This document shows, in pieces, positions 10,577 to 21,466 of a stretch of 64,000 bases of DNA. Numbering within the stretch: position 1 is the stretch's first letter; the number at the start of each line of letters is the position of its first letter. The position numbers and the translations under genes are program-made. The notes below the pieces were generated by a model. The model was not told where the DNA came from and made no database searches. It was given only the letters and a program-made list of their open reading frames with translations. The DNA comes from Candidatus Methanomethylophilaceae archaeon (GTDB taxonomy: Archaea; Thermoplasmatota; Thermoplasmata; Methanomassiliicoccales; Methanomethylophilaceae), in the NCBI GenBank assembly GCA_050950505.1, contig JBMNHS010000001.1:928001-992000 (forward strand). Direction: 5' to 3'.

Positions 10577-10584
10577 TTTATATA
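10577..10584 (+). promoter_or_regulatory. TATA box of the leu operon
   Basis: TTTATATA about 40 bp upstream of the uORF and 115 bp upstream of leuA. Confidence 0.6.
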
Positions 10585-10621
10585 CGGTTTACCTAATTAT
10601 CTGACTATCGTCCGAGGTCAT

Positions 10622-10666
10622 ATGATGATTTCCGCACTGTACACCGATTTATTAATATTGGAATGA
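10622..10666 (+). other. Putative leader-peptide uORF MMISALYTDLLILE
   Basis: GAGGT RBS at 10614-10618; 4 Leu and 2 Ile codons in 14 aa; directly upstream of leuA. Confidence 0.5.
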
Positions 10667-10698
10667 ATCAGTGCGAATTAGGACGGTTTGGTGATTTT

Positions 10699-12306
10699 AT
10701 GAAAATTAAACAAACCAGTGTAAACGCTGAAGATATGGAGAAGATGCTCGCCGTGAGTCCGTACAACAGGATCGCGCTCGAGGGCATCGAGCCCATCGGG
10801 AAGATCAGCATGTTCGACACCACTCTCAGAGACGGCGAACAGGCTCCCGGTATTGCTCTCAGCCCCGAGGACAAGGTCCGTATAGCCACGGCACTGGACG
10901 ATCTTGGAGTCGATGCAATCGAAGCAGGCTTCGCGGCATCGTCCGAGGCCGAAAAAGAAACACTCAGAAAAATAGCGGGCAGCGGCATCAATGCGGACGT
11001 ATACAGTCTCGCAAGATGCGTCAAGTCGGATATAGACGCAGTCATCGATACGGGGCTCAGTCACATTCACACATTCATCGCCACCTCCGATCTTCACATG
11101 AAATACAAACTGAAAATGTCTCCCGAGCAGGTAAAAGAAAGAGCCGTGGAGACCGTTCAGTACGCGAAAGATCACGGACTCACCGTACAATTTTCCTGTG
11201 AGGACGCCACACGCAGCGACATGGATTTCATGAAAGAGGTTCTTCTCGCGGTTCAGGAAGCCGGTGTTGATTCGGTCAACATTCCCGATACCGTGGGAGT
11301 CATCACGCCCCGGGCCATGTCGTATGTGATATCGGAAATCAACAAAGCCGTGAAGGTTCCCATTTCCGTGCATTGTCACAATGACATGGGACTTGCCCTT
11401 TCCAACACAATAGCCGCGGTCGAAGCCGGAGCTTCAATCTGTCACGTATGCATAAACGGAATCGGCGAGCGCACCGGAAACGCCGCTCTCGAAGAAGTGG
11501 CTCTCAACCTGTTCGCCAACTACGGGGTGCAGACCGTCGACCTCTCAAAGATAGGTCAGACCTCCAAACTGATCGAAAGGATAACGGGATTCTCCATGGC
11601 CCGCAACAAACCGATTGTGGGACGGAACGCTTTCGCCCACGAATCCGGAATTCACGTGCACGGAGTGATGAGCAACACCGCAACCTACGAACCCTTCCTT
11701 CCGGAACTTGTCGGCGTGGACCGTCAGATTGTCATAGGGAAGCATTCGGGCATACATTCGGTTCAGGGAAGACTCAACGAACTCGGAATCGAATTCCCCG
11801 AAGACAGAATGGATGAGCTCATGGCATCCGTGAAAAACATAGCCGCGGGGGGCAAACAGATAGACGATGCGGAACTCATTACGATTGCGGATCACATACT
11901 CTGGAGAAGTTCGGCTGTGGAAGAAGCCGTGGACCTGAAACAATTCGTTGTTTTCACCGGGAAAGATATAACATCTACCGCCACTGTCACGGTGGATATT
12001 GCCGGTGACAAACGCACCGTTTCCGAAATAGGAGTCGGGCCTGTGGACGCCGCAATCAATGCAATCAAAAAAGCAGTCAACGACAACATGTCCATGGAAG
12101 AATACAAACTGAGCGCAATCACAGGCAAGAGCGACTCTATCTGTGAAGTAACCGTAATGGTTAAGAATGTTCAGGATGACGGTTTCATGTCCGTCGGCAA
12201 AGCCGTCGGACTCGACATAGTCGAAACATCTGTGGATGCGACGATGGTTGCCATCAACAGGGATTATGCCAGACAGAGGAAGAATAATGGGAAAAACAAT
12301 AGCTGA
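10699..12306 (+). CDS. leuA: 2-isopropylmalate synthase or (R)-citramalate synthase (LeuA/CimA family with C-terminal regulatory domain)
   Basis: DTTLRDGEQAPG, HCHNDMG, GIGERTGNA, HESGIH, GPVDA regulatory domain; GGTGA RBS; LeuA versus CimA not resolved. Confidence 0.85.
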   Translation: MKIKQTSVNAEDMEKMLAVSPYNRIALEGIEPIGKISMFDTTLRDGEQAPGIALSPEDKVRIATALDDLGVDAIEAGFAASSEAEKETLRKIAGSGINADVYSLARCVKSDIDAVIDTGLSHIHTFIATSDLHMKYKLKMSPEQVKERAVETVQYAKDHGLTVQFSCEDATRSDMDFMKEVLLAVQEAGVDSVNIPDTVGVITPRAMSYVISEINKAVKVPISVHCHNDMGLALSNTIAAVEAGASICHVCINGIGERTGNAALEEVALNLFANYGVQTVDLSKIGQTSKLIERITGFSMARNKPIVGRNAFAHESGIHVHGVMSNTATYEPFLPELVGVDRQIVIGKHSGIHSVQGRLNELGIEFPEDRMDELMASVKNIAAGGKQIDDAELITIADHILWRSSAVEEAVDLKQFVVFTGKDITSTATVTVDIAGDKRTVSEIGVGPVDAAINAIKKAVNDNMSMEEYKLSAITGKSDSICEVTVMVKNVQDDGFMSVGKAVGLDIVETSVDATMVAINRDYARQRKNNGKNNS

Positions 12307-13549
12307 GAAAATTCTCTCAGAAAAATCGGGCACCGATGCCCGGGCGGGACAGATTGTTGTTGCCAACATCGATTACGTCATGGTCAATGACGTGACAGGT
12401 CCCATCGCATTCAGAGAATACGAGAAACTGAACACCGACAAACTGTACAAAGACAAATTGGTGCTTATTCCGGATCACTATGTTCCGAACAAGGACATAG
12501 CTTCCGCCGAACAGGCGAAGGAAATGAGGGAATTCGCAGTCAAACACAAGATCGACAATTATTTCGAAGTTGGAAGAGGCGGAGTCTGCCATCAGGTCAT
12601 GGTCGAAGAAGGATACGCCGCGCCCGGAAGATTGATTGTCGGCGCCGATTCCCACACCTGCACCTACGGCGGGATAAACGCATTCTCCACCGGAATAGGA
12701 TCCACCGAAGCATGCGCCGCGTTCTCCACCGGGCGCCTGTGGTTCAGAGTCCCCGAAACAATCAAAGTGGAACTTACCGGCGGGTTCAGGAACGGAGCCT
12801 GCGGAAAGGATCTGATTCTGAAAATCATCACCGACATAGGCGTGGATGGAGCCAATTACAAGGCATTCGAATTCCACGGACCCGGAATAGCCAACATAAC
12901 GGTTTCCGACAGATTGACCATCTCCAACATGGCAATAGAAGCCGGAGGAAAGGCAGGGATATTCCCTTGTGACAAAATGACCGAAGAATACATCAAAGAC
13001 ACCGCCAAGGGGGAATGGAAGGCCGTCGAAGCCGATCCCGACGCGGAATACGTTTCGGTTCTGAAGTACGATCTGTCGGAAATAGTTCCCATGGTGGCTT
13101 ATCCCCATCTTCCCGAAAACGGACGTCCCGTAAAGGACGCCGATGTGAAAATAGATCAGGCTTATCTCGGTTCATGCACCAACGGACGCATCGAAGACAT
13201 GAGAATCGCCGCCGAAATCGTCAAAGGCAGGAAAGTCGCCGAAGGCGTGAGATTCCTGGTGGTTCCGGCATCCCAGAAAGTCGTCAGACAGATGATTGAC
13301 GAAGGCCTCATGCAGATATTCCTTGATGCGGACGCTTTCGTGTCCGGTCCCACCTGCGGGGCGTGTCTCGGAGGATACATGGGTATCCTGGCATCGGAGG
13401 AGAAAGCCGTTTCCTCCACGAACAGAAATTTCATAGGAAGAATGGGCGACAAGAACTCCGAAGTGTATCTGGCCGGCCCCGCCGTCGTTGCGGCTTCCGC
13501 CATTGCGGGAAGAATCGTCACCCCCGATGAACTGGAGGAACTGTCATGA
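12287..13549 (+). CDS. leuC: 3-isopropylmalate dehydratase large subunit
   Basis: GADSHTCT, GSCTNGR, CGACLG, STNRNF. Confidence 0.92.
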   Translation: MGKTIAEKILSEKSGTDARAGQIVVANIDYVMVNDVTGPIAFREYEKLNTDKLYKDKLVLIPDHYVPNKDIASAEQAKEMREFAVKHKIDNYFEVGRGGVCHQVMVEEGYAAPGRLIVGADSHTCTYGGINAFSTGIGSTEACAAFSTGRLWFRVPETIKVELTGGFRNGACGKDLILKIITDIGVDGANYKAFEFHGPGIANITVSDRLTISNMAIEAGGKAGIFPCDKMTEEYIKDTAKGEWKAVEADPDAEYVSVLKYDLSEIVPMVAYPHLPENGRPVKDADVKIDQAYLGSCTNGRIEDMRIAAEIVKGRKVAEGVRFLVVPASQKVVRQMIDEGLMQIFLDADAFVSGPTCGACLGGYMGILASEEKAVSSTNRNFIGRMGDKNSEVYLAGPAVVAASAIAGRIVTPDELEELS

Positions 13550-14025
13550 ATAAAATCGAAGGCAAAGTCTGGAGATTCGGAGACAACGTCGACACGGATC
13601 AGATAATACCGGCAGAACGGTTGGTGGCTTCCAATCTCGACAGCCTCAACGAATACATTTTTGAAAAAGTGAGACCCCGATTCGCACAGCAGGTCGGAAA
13701 GGGAGACATAATCGTGGCCGGGAAGAACTTCGGTTGCGGATCTTCCAGGGAACATGCCCCCCTGTCCCTGATACAGGCCGGCATCACCTGCGTGGTTGCG
13801 GAATCTTTCGCAAGAATATTTTACAGAAATTCCATGAACATCGGACTTCTTCTTGTCGAATGCAAAGTCGACGCCAAGGAAGGAACCGTAATTTCAATTG
13901 ACACCGAAAAGGGAGAAGTGGTTTCCGACGGAAAAGTTTTCAAATTCCCGCAGTACCCGCCGTTCATCAGTGAAATGGTCAAATCCGGCGGTCTTATGAA
14001 TCTTGTCAAGGAGAATAGATTATGA
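13546..14025 (+). CDS. leuD: 3-isopropylmalate dehydratase small subunit
   Basis: DNVDTDQIIP, NFGCGSSREHA, SFARIF. Confidence 0.93.
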   Translation: MNKIEGKVWRFGDNVDTDQIIPAERLVASNLDSLNEYIFEKVRPRFAQQVGKGDIIVAGKNFGCGSSREHAPLSLIQAGITCVVAESFARIFYRNSMNIGLLLVECKVDAKEGTVISIDTEKGEVVSDGKVFKFPQYPPFISEMVKSGGLMNLVKENRL

Positions 14026-15140
14026 AACATCTGGCTATCATCCCCGGAGACGGTATCGGAAAGGAAGTCATCGACGCAGGATTGGAGGTTCTCGACGCGG
14101 TCGCGGAAATATCCACCTTCGAATATGACGGAGAAATCTTCGACATAGGTTCGGACAGATACCTCAGCACCGGCGAACTTCTTACCGACGAAGATATAGA
14201 CGATTTGAGAAAGAAAGATGCGATTTACTTCGGTGCCATCGGCGATCCGAAAGTTCCTCCGGGAGTTTTGGAACAGGGCGTTCTTCTGAAAATGAGGGCC
14301 GTTTTCGACCAGTACATCAATATGAGACCCGTCACTTCCTGGTTCCCCTTCGTCCCGTTGAAGAGAGAAGTTCCCTTCGACATGATGTTCCTCAGGGAAA
14401 ACACCGAGGATTTCTACATGGGAGCCGGTGGACGTTTCGGACCGACTTACGGCGGCAAGACTTCAAAACTGAAAGTAAAGAGGGATCTTTACGAAATGGA
14501 CGTCACAATCAATGCGGATGCATCCAACGATGACGATTTCGCTTTTGAACTGGGTTTCCTTTCCAGAAAAGGAATCACCCGTTTCGCGGATTATGCCTGC
14601 AGATACGCTTTGGCCCGCGGCGATGACAGAATAACCCTTGTGGACAAGGCAAACGTAATCACTGACATGTACGGCCTGCAGCGTGAAATATTCACCGAAA
14701 AGACGGAAGAGTACGGATTGGAACTGAACTTCATGTTCGTCGACGCGATGGCCATGGCCATGGTCGTGCGTCCGGAAACTTTCGGAACCGTGGCAGTGTC
14801 CAACCTCTTCGGGGACATCCTCACGGATTTGGGAGCTCAGCTTCAGGGCGGATTGGGAATGGGTTGCAGCGGCAACATAAACCCCGAAGGCGTCAGCATG
14901 TTCGAACCCATACACGGATCTGCTCCGGACATAGCCGGAAAAGGAATAGCGAACCCCATCGCCGCGATACTTGCGGCTCAGATGCTGTTGGAAGATCAGG
15001 GATATCCCAGAGAAGGCAAAATGATCCACAAAGCGGTCGAAGAATGCCTAAAGGAGAACAAAACAACTCCGGATCTCGGAGGCAACCTGAGCACCGAACA
15101 GGCAGGTTCCGCCGTGGCCGAAAAGATACTGAAAAGCTGA
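14022..15140 (+). CDS. leuB: 3-isopropylmalate dehydrogenase
   Basis: PGDGIGKEV, RENTE, DKANV, NLFGDILTD, EPIHGSAPDIAGKG. Confidence 0.92.
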   Translation: MKHLAIIPGDGIGKEVIDAGLEVLDAVAEISTFEYDGEIFDIGSDRYLSTGELLTDEDIDDLRKKDAIYFGAIGDPKVPPGVLEQGVLLKMRAVFDQYINMRPVTSWFPFVPLKREVPFDMMFLRENTEDFYMGAGGRFGPTYGGKTSKLKVKRDLYEMDVTINADASNDDDFAFELGFLSRKGITRFADYACRYALARGDDRITLVDKANVITDMYGLQREIFTEKTEEYGLELNFMFVDAMAMAMVVRPETFGTVAVSNLFGDILTDLGAQLQGGLGMGCSGNINPEGVSMFEPIHGSAPDIAGKGIANPIAAILAAQMLLEDQGYPREGKMIHKAVEECLKENKTTPDLGGNLSTEQAGSAVAEKILKS

Positions 15141-15144
15141 TCCG

Positions 15145-15408
15145 ATGAACAGTTTGGATCTGACTTCCGAATACGAATCCCCGGAAATTGCCGAGGCCGT
15201 CGCCGCGGCGTTGGATCCGGAAAACGAAGAATTCGTTGAGATGGAAGTCCGCGGCAAAACAATTTATTTCAGAATGGAGGCCGAGTCGGCCGGTTCCCTC
15301 AGGAACACGGCCGACGACCTCCTGTCCTGCCTGAAAATCGCAGAGGAAGCCTCAGGCCTCGTCGGAAGTTCCGCTTCTGACCCTGACGGCGATTCCTTTT
15401 TTGAATGA
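15145..15408 (+). CDS. pcc1: KEOPS complex subunit Pcc1
   Basis: 87 aa; ALDPEN and SLRNTADDLL motifs. Confidence 0.8.
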   Translation: MNSLDLTSEYESPEIAEAVAAALDPENEEFVEMEVRGKTIYFRMEAESAGSLRNTADDLLSCLKIAEEASGLVGSSASDPDGDSFFE

Positions 15409-17289
15409 TTTTATTTCTTTCTTTGTCATCGTGATTCTTCCGGTGGCAAGAACATTGTCGTCTTTGTCCGTGACGATGACTTCGTCCATAGGCTTCAGAT
15501 TTGAATCGCAATCGATGACGAACTGACAGAATGCGTTTCTTCCTTTGGAGACGAAAGGTATCGAATCATCGTTTACCACGACTCTCATAAAGGGGGCCGG
15601 GACGTCTTTCGCGATACGTGTGGCACCTTCTTTCTTGAGAGTGTACAATCCGTCTCCCGCCCTCATGGACAATATATGTTCCCCGTCGGAACTCACGTTC
15701 CTTATCCTGTCGTTGTTTTTGCTTTTTACGAATTCTATTTTGCCTTTGAACAAAGCATCGGTGGCAGGAATTCCGAACTGGTATCTTGAAACGGCTTTGG
15801 CTCTTGCCAAATCCCAGTCAAAACCGTCGGATCCGAGATCTTCCAATCCATCCATACCGATGACTTCTCTGAACCCGTGTTTTTCTATGAACTCATTCAT
15901 CAGGGACGAGGAACGTTCTTCCGTTTCCCGGTCCGTGATGGCCGGGAACAATGACTGGGACAACGGATAGACTTCATCCAAATCCGCGGGCACCGGGCCG
16001 AAAGGAGTCGAAACAACAGGAACGTATCCGTTGTTTGCGGCGATTTTGAATTCTTCGGAGTACGGACGGCTGTATGGTTTGTTGGGGTTGTCCGGGAATA
16101 TCACGGCTTTGTCCGACCATGGCACATATCGGTCCATAATCCGTGTGCCGTATCTTTCAAAAATAGGGCGGTTGTACGTTTCGGTTCCGGTGTAAAACAA
16201 CGCACCGTTTCTGCTCAGAGGCTCGTGGAGTTCCATGAATCCGATGTATTCTTTCAGTCTTCTGAGACCGTCCAGCATCGCCGGGTGGGATCTGCACCTT
16301 ATTTCCACAAGTTCCCATAGACGTTCTTCCCTGATGTATCTCTTAATCGTATCAAGTTCCTTCGTTATTTGATAAAGGTTGTGTCTGGCTATTGTTCCTT
16401 CACGTTCTTTGTCATTCAGTTTTCTCAAAGATTCCAGAGTGTGTTCCTTGCAGGCGGGACAGTTGCAGTCCAGAGTTTCCATTTCCCTAAGGCGGGAGGT
16501 TCCGTCAATGAACATCATCCTGTCGTCCCTTGCGAATTTTGCGTAAGAGGCGGAATCGAAGAGATCGCACCCCATGAGAGCGGCAAATGCCAGAACCATC
16601 GGATGTCCCGCACCGAACAGGTGAACCGGTCTTGACGGATCCATTCCCAATTTGGAACTCATCACGACGTCCACGAGCTCCGCGTACCGGTACTGTTCCA
16701 TCAACGGCACCACGCCGCCGATGGGATGGACGTCAATATCCAGTTCTGCCATTTTTTCGGCACAGTAGGTTCTGAGTTCCGGATAAACAGAACCTTGAAT
16801 AACGCCGTTTATGAGCATATCCCCTTTCATGTCGCAGGCTTCTTTGGTTCTCACCAATGTTTCCTCGATGGCCCATTTTGTTTTCTCTTCGGACCATCCC
16901 GGTTCGGTGAAAATATCAAGAACGGTTCCGATATCGGTGCCTATGCCTTTCTGGAACTCTATTATTTCGGGATTGGTAAGGTCGACTTCGCCGTACATGT
17001 AACTCTGGAAGGTTCCGGAGTCGGTCATGATTATGCCGTCGAAATCCAGCATTTTGTGCAACCCTTCGGTCAAAGCCTGTTCGCTGAGGTCTTTGTGTTT
17101 TTTGATTATGTAAGAGTTGGTGATCAACGCACCGAAACCGAACACCTCCTTCAGTTCCCTGGGTGCCACCGTGTTTATTTTGGGATTTATCACCGGCAAC
17201 AGAGCCGGGGTTTCAATCGTGCCCGATCCGGCGGTCAGTTTGCAGATTCTGGACAAACCGTCTTTTTTGACAAGTTCAAACTCGACCAT
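15352..17289 (-). CDS. tgtA: tRNA-guanine(15) transglycosylase (archaeosine) with PUA domain
   Basis: ETPALLPVINP, TDSGTFQ, HLFGAGHP, FDSASY, CxCxxC..H zinc site, C-terminal PUA. Confidence 0.95.
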   Translation of the reverse strand: MVEFELVKKDGLSRICKLTAGSGTIETPALLPVINPKINTVAPRELKEVFGFGALITNSYIIKKHKDLSEQALTEGLHKMLDFDGIIMTDSGTFQSYMYGEVDLTNPEIIEFQKGIGTDIGTVLDIFTEPGWSEEKTKWAIEETLVRTKEACDMKGDMLINGVIQGSVYPELRTYCAEKMAELDIDVHPIGGVVPLMEQYRYAELVDVVMSSKLGMDPSRPVHLFGAGHPMVLAFAALMGCDLFDSASYAKFARDDRMMFIDGTSRLREMETLDCNCPACKEHTLESLRKLNDKEREGTIARHNLYQITKELDTIKRYIREERLWELVEIRCRSHPAMLDGLRRLKEYIGFMELHEPLSRNGALFYTGTETYNRPIFERYGTRIMDRYVPWSDKAVIFPDNPNKPYSRPYSEEFKIAANNGYVPVVSTPFGPVPADLDEVYPLSQSLFPAITDRETEERSSSLMNEFIEKHGFREVIGMDGLEDLGSDGFDWDLARAKAVSRYQFGIPATDALFKGKIEFVKSKNNDRIRNVSSDGEHILSMRAGDGLYTLKKEGATRIAKDVPAPFMRVVVNDDSIPFVSKGRNAFCQFVIDCDSNLKPMDEVIVTDKDDNVLATGRITMTKKEIKSFKKGIAVRVRSGTSDEA

Positions 17290-17293
17290 GCGC

Positions 17294-17689
17294 TCACATG
17301 ATCCTGTTTTTGTAACAATCCGCGTAAATTTTGGATATGGCGTTTTTCATGAGAACGTCGGGTATATCCTCTATGTATTCCTTCTTCCAGTCAAGAACCG
17401 GCCGTTCGAACTTTATCAGATTGGGGCGGTTGAGATTGCAGGAATCCTCGGAATCCAGCATTCTTATTTCCAATCCGTTGAGAATGTCATGAACGTTTTC
17501 TCCGTTAATCAGAACAGTGTTTTTTCCCTCTGTCTCGGTCTCTGTCAGTCTTGCGGGAATATCGGAAATCATCATGTCGGCCACGAGACCGGCGAGATAT
17601 TCCGTCATTTCCCTGTTGCTTCTGCGTCTGAGTTCTTCGGACCCGGGAGGTTCGGAAGAATGCCGGTATTCTATGTTTATGATTGTCAT
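17294..17689 (-). CDS. Hypothetical protein (DUF2703-like)
   Basis: N.VLING..IL..C..EDIP pattern recalls DUF2703; 4-bp gap to tgtA. Confidence 0.55.
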   Translation of the reverse strand: MTIINIEYRHSSEPPGSEELRRRSNREMTEYLAGLVADMMISDIPARLTETETEGKNTVLINGENVHDILNGLEIRMLDSEDSCNLNRPNLIKFERPVLDWKKEYIEDIPDVLMKNAISKIYADCYKNRIM

Positions 17690-17780
17690 AAACCGTCAAT
17701 CGGCACTTATGTTAAAATGATTGCTCATTTACAATGTCAGACCGTTGTTTAAAATACTGAATGAACTTACTTCCGACTGT

Positions 17781-18149
17781 ATGTCTAAGAACTCCGACGG
17801 TTGCAAACTCGTGATAATCGTGAGAAACGACGTAAAGATGACCAAAGGCAAAATTGCCGCACAGGCGGGACATGCCGCCGTGAATTGCGCCTTCGCATCC
17901 AAAAAGAAGTATCCCTCCAAGTTCAACGAATGGTACGATTCCGGACAAACCAAAGTGGTACTGAAAGTGAATTCCCTCAGCGAACTGTATGAATGCAAAG
18001 CCATCGCCGAAGCTCAGGGAGTGACGTGTTCCCTCATCACCGACGCGGGAAGGACCCAGATAGAACCCGGAACCGTGACGTGTCTGGGAATAGGCCCTGA
18101 CAAAGAATCGGTTTTGGACAAAATCACCGGCGAATTAAAGATGCTCTAA
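17781..18149 (+). CDS. pth2: Peptidyl-tRNA hydrolase Pth2
   Basis: KGKIAAQAGHAA, DAGRTQI.PGT.T..GIGP. Confidence 0.95.
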   Translation: MSKNSDGCKLVIIVRNDVKMTKGKIAAQAGHAAVNCAFASKKKYPSKFNEWYDSGQTKVVLKVNSLSELYECKAIAEAQGVTCSLITDAGRTQIEPGTVTCLGIGPDKESVLDKITGELKML

Positions 18150-18755
18150 ACCCGCTTCAAAATTGGTTTTCAGTTCCCTGATGAGAATATTGAGATTTTC
18201 GGTTCTCATGGCGGAAGATCTTATGCATGCCCCAGAACCGCCGCTTGAAGCTATATGGCGTATGTTGTAAGCGTTTATGCCGCCGATTCCGAACACGGGT
18301 ATGTCGAAGCTTCTGTAAAGCTTCTCGATGAATTTGGGTCCTTTGGGTTCGGCGTCCGGTTTGCATTCCGTGGGATACACCGGACCGGCGATAAGATAAT
18401 CCGCACCCAGTTCCGCGGCTTCCTCCGCTTCTTCGAGAGAATGGACCGAAACGCCGATTGAATCCAATCCGTCCCGGTCCTTCAGAGTCCTCATAACGCC
18501 GAGAGGAATCTGCACTCTGTCCACCCCCATGTCTTTCGCGATATCGACAAAGGTGTTTATGCACAGAGGCACGCCGTAATCCGTGCATATGGCGGCACAT
18601 TCGTTTGCAAGATATTTGTATTCGGATTCACTCAGATCTTTTTCTCTGAGTATTACCATGTCCGCTCCGGAAGCGGAGATGTCCGCTATCTTTTCCGCAA
18701 AAGGTTTGGACATTATCTTTCTGTCCGTGACCACGTATATTTTCGGTGTCTTCAT
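18135..18755 (-). CDS. TenI-like / thiamine-phosphate synthase family protein
   Basis: LREKD, GVSVHS, ADY..GPVYPT.CK, GIGGI; lacks the ThiE HLGQDD motif. Confidence 0.8.
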   Translation of the reverse strand: MKTPKIYVVTDRKIMSKPFAEKIADISASGADMVILREKDLSESEYKYLANECAAICTDYGVPLCINTFVDIAKDMGVDRVQIPLGVMRTLKDRDGLDSIGVSVHSLEEAEEAAELGADYLIAGPVYPTECKPDAEPKGPKFIEKLYRSFDIPVFGIGGINAYNIRHIASSGGSGACIRSSAMRTENLNILIRELKTNFEAGLEHL

Positions 18756-19909
18756 ATTCTCACATAATCTTTGAAAACAGGCTGAATTCCGTTTGCCAGC
18801 AATGCATTTTTGATTTCATCCAAACTTCTCGGATCTGAAATGTCAAACTGGACGTCTCCCTTTTCTATGCCCGAGTGTTCTCCGACCCCCACGCTTACCC
18901 CTGCCGAAATCTTGGTTGCGCAGATTTTGACGATGTTGTCCCTGAAGACGGGTCTTTCCCTGGTGGAGATGGTCTGACCGGCATAGGGCATGAACAGACG
19001 GTAAGCCATCGCAACCTGCAACAGCTGGGTTTCGGTGACATCGTTTACCACCAGATCTTTGTTCATGAACGGTCTGAGTCTGGGAAGCGAAAAAGATATT
19101 TCCGCATGAGGATATTTTCTCTGTATTTCCATCGCGTGAATGCCGCAGGTAAACGCATCCTTTCTGAAATCAGAAAGACCCAGCAACGGGGCGAAACCGA
19201 CGCCTCTCATGCCCCCCATCAACGCCCTTTCGTTGGAATTGAATCTGTAGGAGTAGTTTCTTTTGCGTCCTCCCGGGTGCATTTCCGCGTAGATTTCCGG
19301 ATTGTATGTTTCCTGAAACACCGTGACGTAGTCCGCTCCGGCTTCCTGCATTCTCCGATATTCGGAAGTGTTCATGGGATAAACTTCCAGGCCTATTATC
19401 GAGAAATGATTTGTCGCTCTTTTTACCAAATCTTCGATATAATCCGGTCCGGAGTGATGTCTGGACTCTCCGGTGAGCAGAAGAATTTCCTGCATTCCGG
19501 TGGAAGCGATGGCTTCCATTTCCCGGTCGATTTCGTCTCCTGTGAGTTTGGCGCGGTGAATGTCGTGTCTGTTGCTGAATCCGCAATAAATACACTGATT
19601 GGTACAATAATTGGAAGCGTAGAGGGGAGTGAATATTATGACGGAATTTCCGAAATGTTTTCTCGTTTCTTCTCTGGCTCTCACGGCAATGTCTTCGATG
19701 AAAGGTTCTGCCGCCGGAGAAAGAAGGGCGCCGAAGTCTTCGGAATCCGGATAATTTTCCGACAGTGCGGATTTCACGTCCCTTTTGGTATAATTCTCGG
19801 GACGGTAACGTGAGGAAAGTTCAAGGACGCTTTCCATCAGAGTCGGATCGATGTACTCCATGCCTTCTTCGTAGTCGACGGCATCCGTGAAATCCCTGGT
19901 GATGATCAT
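18752..19909 (-). CDS. thiH: 2-iminoacetate synthase ThiH (radical SAM)
   Basis: [39 protein letters not shown]. Confidence 0.94.
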   Translation of the reverse strand: MIITRDFTDAVDYEEGMEYIDPTLMESVLELSSRYRPENYTKRDVKSALSENYPDSEDFGALLSPAAEPFIEDIAVRAREETRKHFGNSVIIFTPLYASNYCTNQCIYCGFSNRHDIHRAKLTGDEIDREMEAIASTGMQEILLLTGESRHHSGPDYIEDLVKRATNHFSIIGLEVYPMNTSEYRRMQEAGADYVTVFQETYNPEIYAEMHPGGRKRNYSYRFNSNERALMGGMRGVGFAPLLGLSDFRKDAFTCGIHAMEIQRKYPHAEISFSLPRLRPFMNKDLVVNDVTETQLLQVAMAYRLFMPYAGQTISTRERPVFRDNIVKICATKISAGVSVGVGEHSGIEKGDVQFDISDPRSLDEIKNALLANGIQPVFKDYVRI

Positions 19910-20676
19910 TCCTCCAGGAATCCGGTAAGCGGGCTTGAGGCTTCGCCTTTGTTTTCAAGGACTCTTCCTGGCCCGGACAGATAAGCCAGACGTCCCGCTT
20001 CTATAGACATTTTGAAAGCTTTGGCCATGATTGCGGGATCGTCCGCCGTGGCAATCGCGGTGTTTGCCATTATCGCGTCGACGCCCAATTCCATGGCTTC
20101 GCAGGCTTGGGAAGGTCTCCCTATGCCGGCATCCACTATTATCGGCAAATCTATTTCGTCAACCAATATTTTTATGAAATCCTTGGTCAGAAGGCCTTTG
20201 TTGCTTCCTATGGGAGCCCCGAGAGGCATTATCGCGTCGGCTCCGGCCTCTTCCATGTCCCTTGCGGCCGAAAGGTCGGGCATCATGTAAGGCAGTATCA
20301 CGAAGTCTTTTGCCTTCAGTCTGGCAATGGCTTTGGTGGTTTCCGCATTGTCGGGAAGAAGATACTTCGTATCCCTTATGATTTCGATTTTTACAAAATC
20401 CCCGCACCCTAATTCCCTTGCGAGTTCGGCGATTCTCACCGCCTCGTCCGCATTCCTGGCACCGGATGTGTTTGGCAACACGGTGATTCCTTCGGGGATG
20501 TAATCCAGAATGTTTTCCATGCCTCCGACGTTCGCTCTCCTGACTGCCAATGTGGCCATTTCCACTCCGCCGTTTTCTATGACGGTCCGGGTCATGTCGA
20601 GGCTGAACTTTCCCGATCCGAGAATGAATCTCGATTTGAATCTGTGTCCGCCGATGTCCAAAAGGTCAGTGTTCAT
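19906..20676 (-). CDS. thiG: Thiazole synthase
   Basis: [37 protein letters not shown]. Confidence 0.95.
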   Translation of the reverse strand: MNTDLLDIGGHRFKSRFILGSGKFSLDMTRTVIENGGVEMATLAVRRANVGGMENILDYIPEGITVLPNTSGARNADEAVRIAELARELGCGDFVKIEIIRDTKYLLPDNAETTKAIARLKAKDFVILPYMMPDLSAARDMEEAGADAIMPLGAPIGSNKGLLTKDFIKILVDEIDLPIIVDAGIGRPSQACEAMELGVDAIMANTAIATADDPAIMAKAFKMSIEAGRLAYLSGPGRVLENKGEASSPLTGFLEE

Positions 20677-21247
20677 TGTTTTCATCTTCCATTTCATGTA
20701 TCAGTCTGAGGATCTGATTTGCCTGATGTCCTGCGCAGACCAATACTCTGGGCGCGTGCATGTCTTTCATGTCATCCGAGGTACCGTCCCCGCACACGTA
20801 AATCTTTCCGAACCTGTGCACGGTGACTATCGTGTTGGGCGTCCCGAATCCCGATATTCCGCTTCCGGACACAAGATAGGTCTCTTTCATTTCCGAAAGA
20901 ACGGTTTCCGCCAGCATGGCTTTGTCTTCGGCGGTATCCAACCCTTCGCAGATTATTCTGCAGTCTTTGAATACCTCGGGTATGTTTTTCTCGGTAAGGC
21001 GCAAATCGTGAAGTTCGAGTTCCGCACCGGAATCTATGAGTTTCAGTATTTCGGAACAGGCTTCGGTCTTCTTCATGCCTATGTGTTTTCTGAAGTATAT
21101 CTGACGGTTGAGATTCGACTCCTCCACGGTGTCGAAATCCGCCAAAACCAGGTTCCTCACCCCGGAACGCACCAACATCATTGCCACGTTGGACCCCAAT
21201 CCCCCGAGCCCCGCAATTCCGACTTTCAGATTATCCGCCTCCGACAA
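20666..21247 (-). CDS. thiF: ThiS adenylyltransferase ThiF (short type)
   Basis: [27 protein letters not shown]; located between thiS and thiG. Confidence 0.9.
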   Translation of the reverse strand: MSEADNLKVGIAGLGGLGSNVAMMLVRSGVRNLVLADFDTVEESNLNRQIYFRKHIGMKKTEACSEILKLIDSGAELELHDLRLTEKNIPEVFKDCRIICEGLDTAEDKAMLAETVLSEMKETYLVSGSGISGFGTPNTIVTVHRFGKIYVCGDGTSDDMKDMHAPRVLVCAGHQANQILRLIHEMEDENNEH

Positions 21248-21425
21248 AGCTCACTATTTCGATCGAATCCGTATTTTTCAGAATCATTTCACCGTAAGTC
21301 TTCTTAGGTACAATCTCTCCGTTCAGCTCAACGGCTATCCTTCCGATGTCGTATCCCGACGTTTCAAGAAATTCTTTCAGTGGAATTTCTTTTATGATTT
21401 CGATTTCTTTTCCGTTGACTCTCAT
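21231..21425 (-). CDS. thiS: Sulfur carrier protein ThiS
   Basis: 64 aa, AVELNGEIV, C-terminal VGGG. Confidence 0.95.
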   Translation of the reverse strand: MRVNGKEIEIIKEIPLKEFLETSGYDIGRIAVELNGEIVPKKTYGEMILKNTDSIEIVSFVGGG

Positions 21426-21466
21426 CTCGTGACTCCGATGGATTACTTCCGATACATTGTCTTCGA

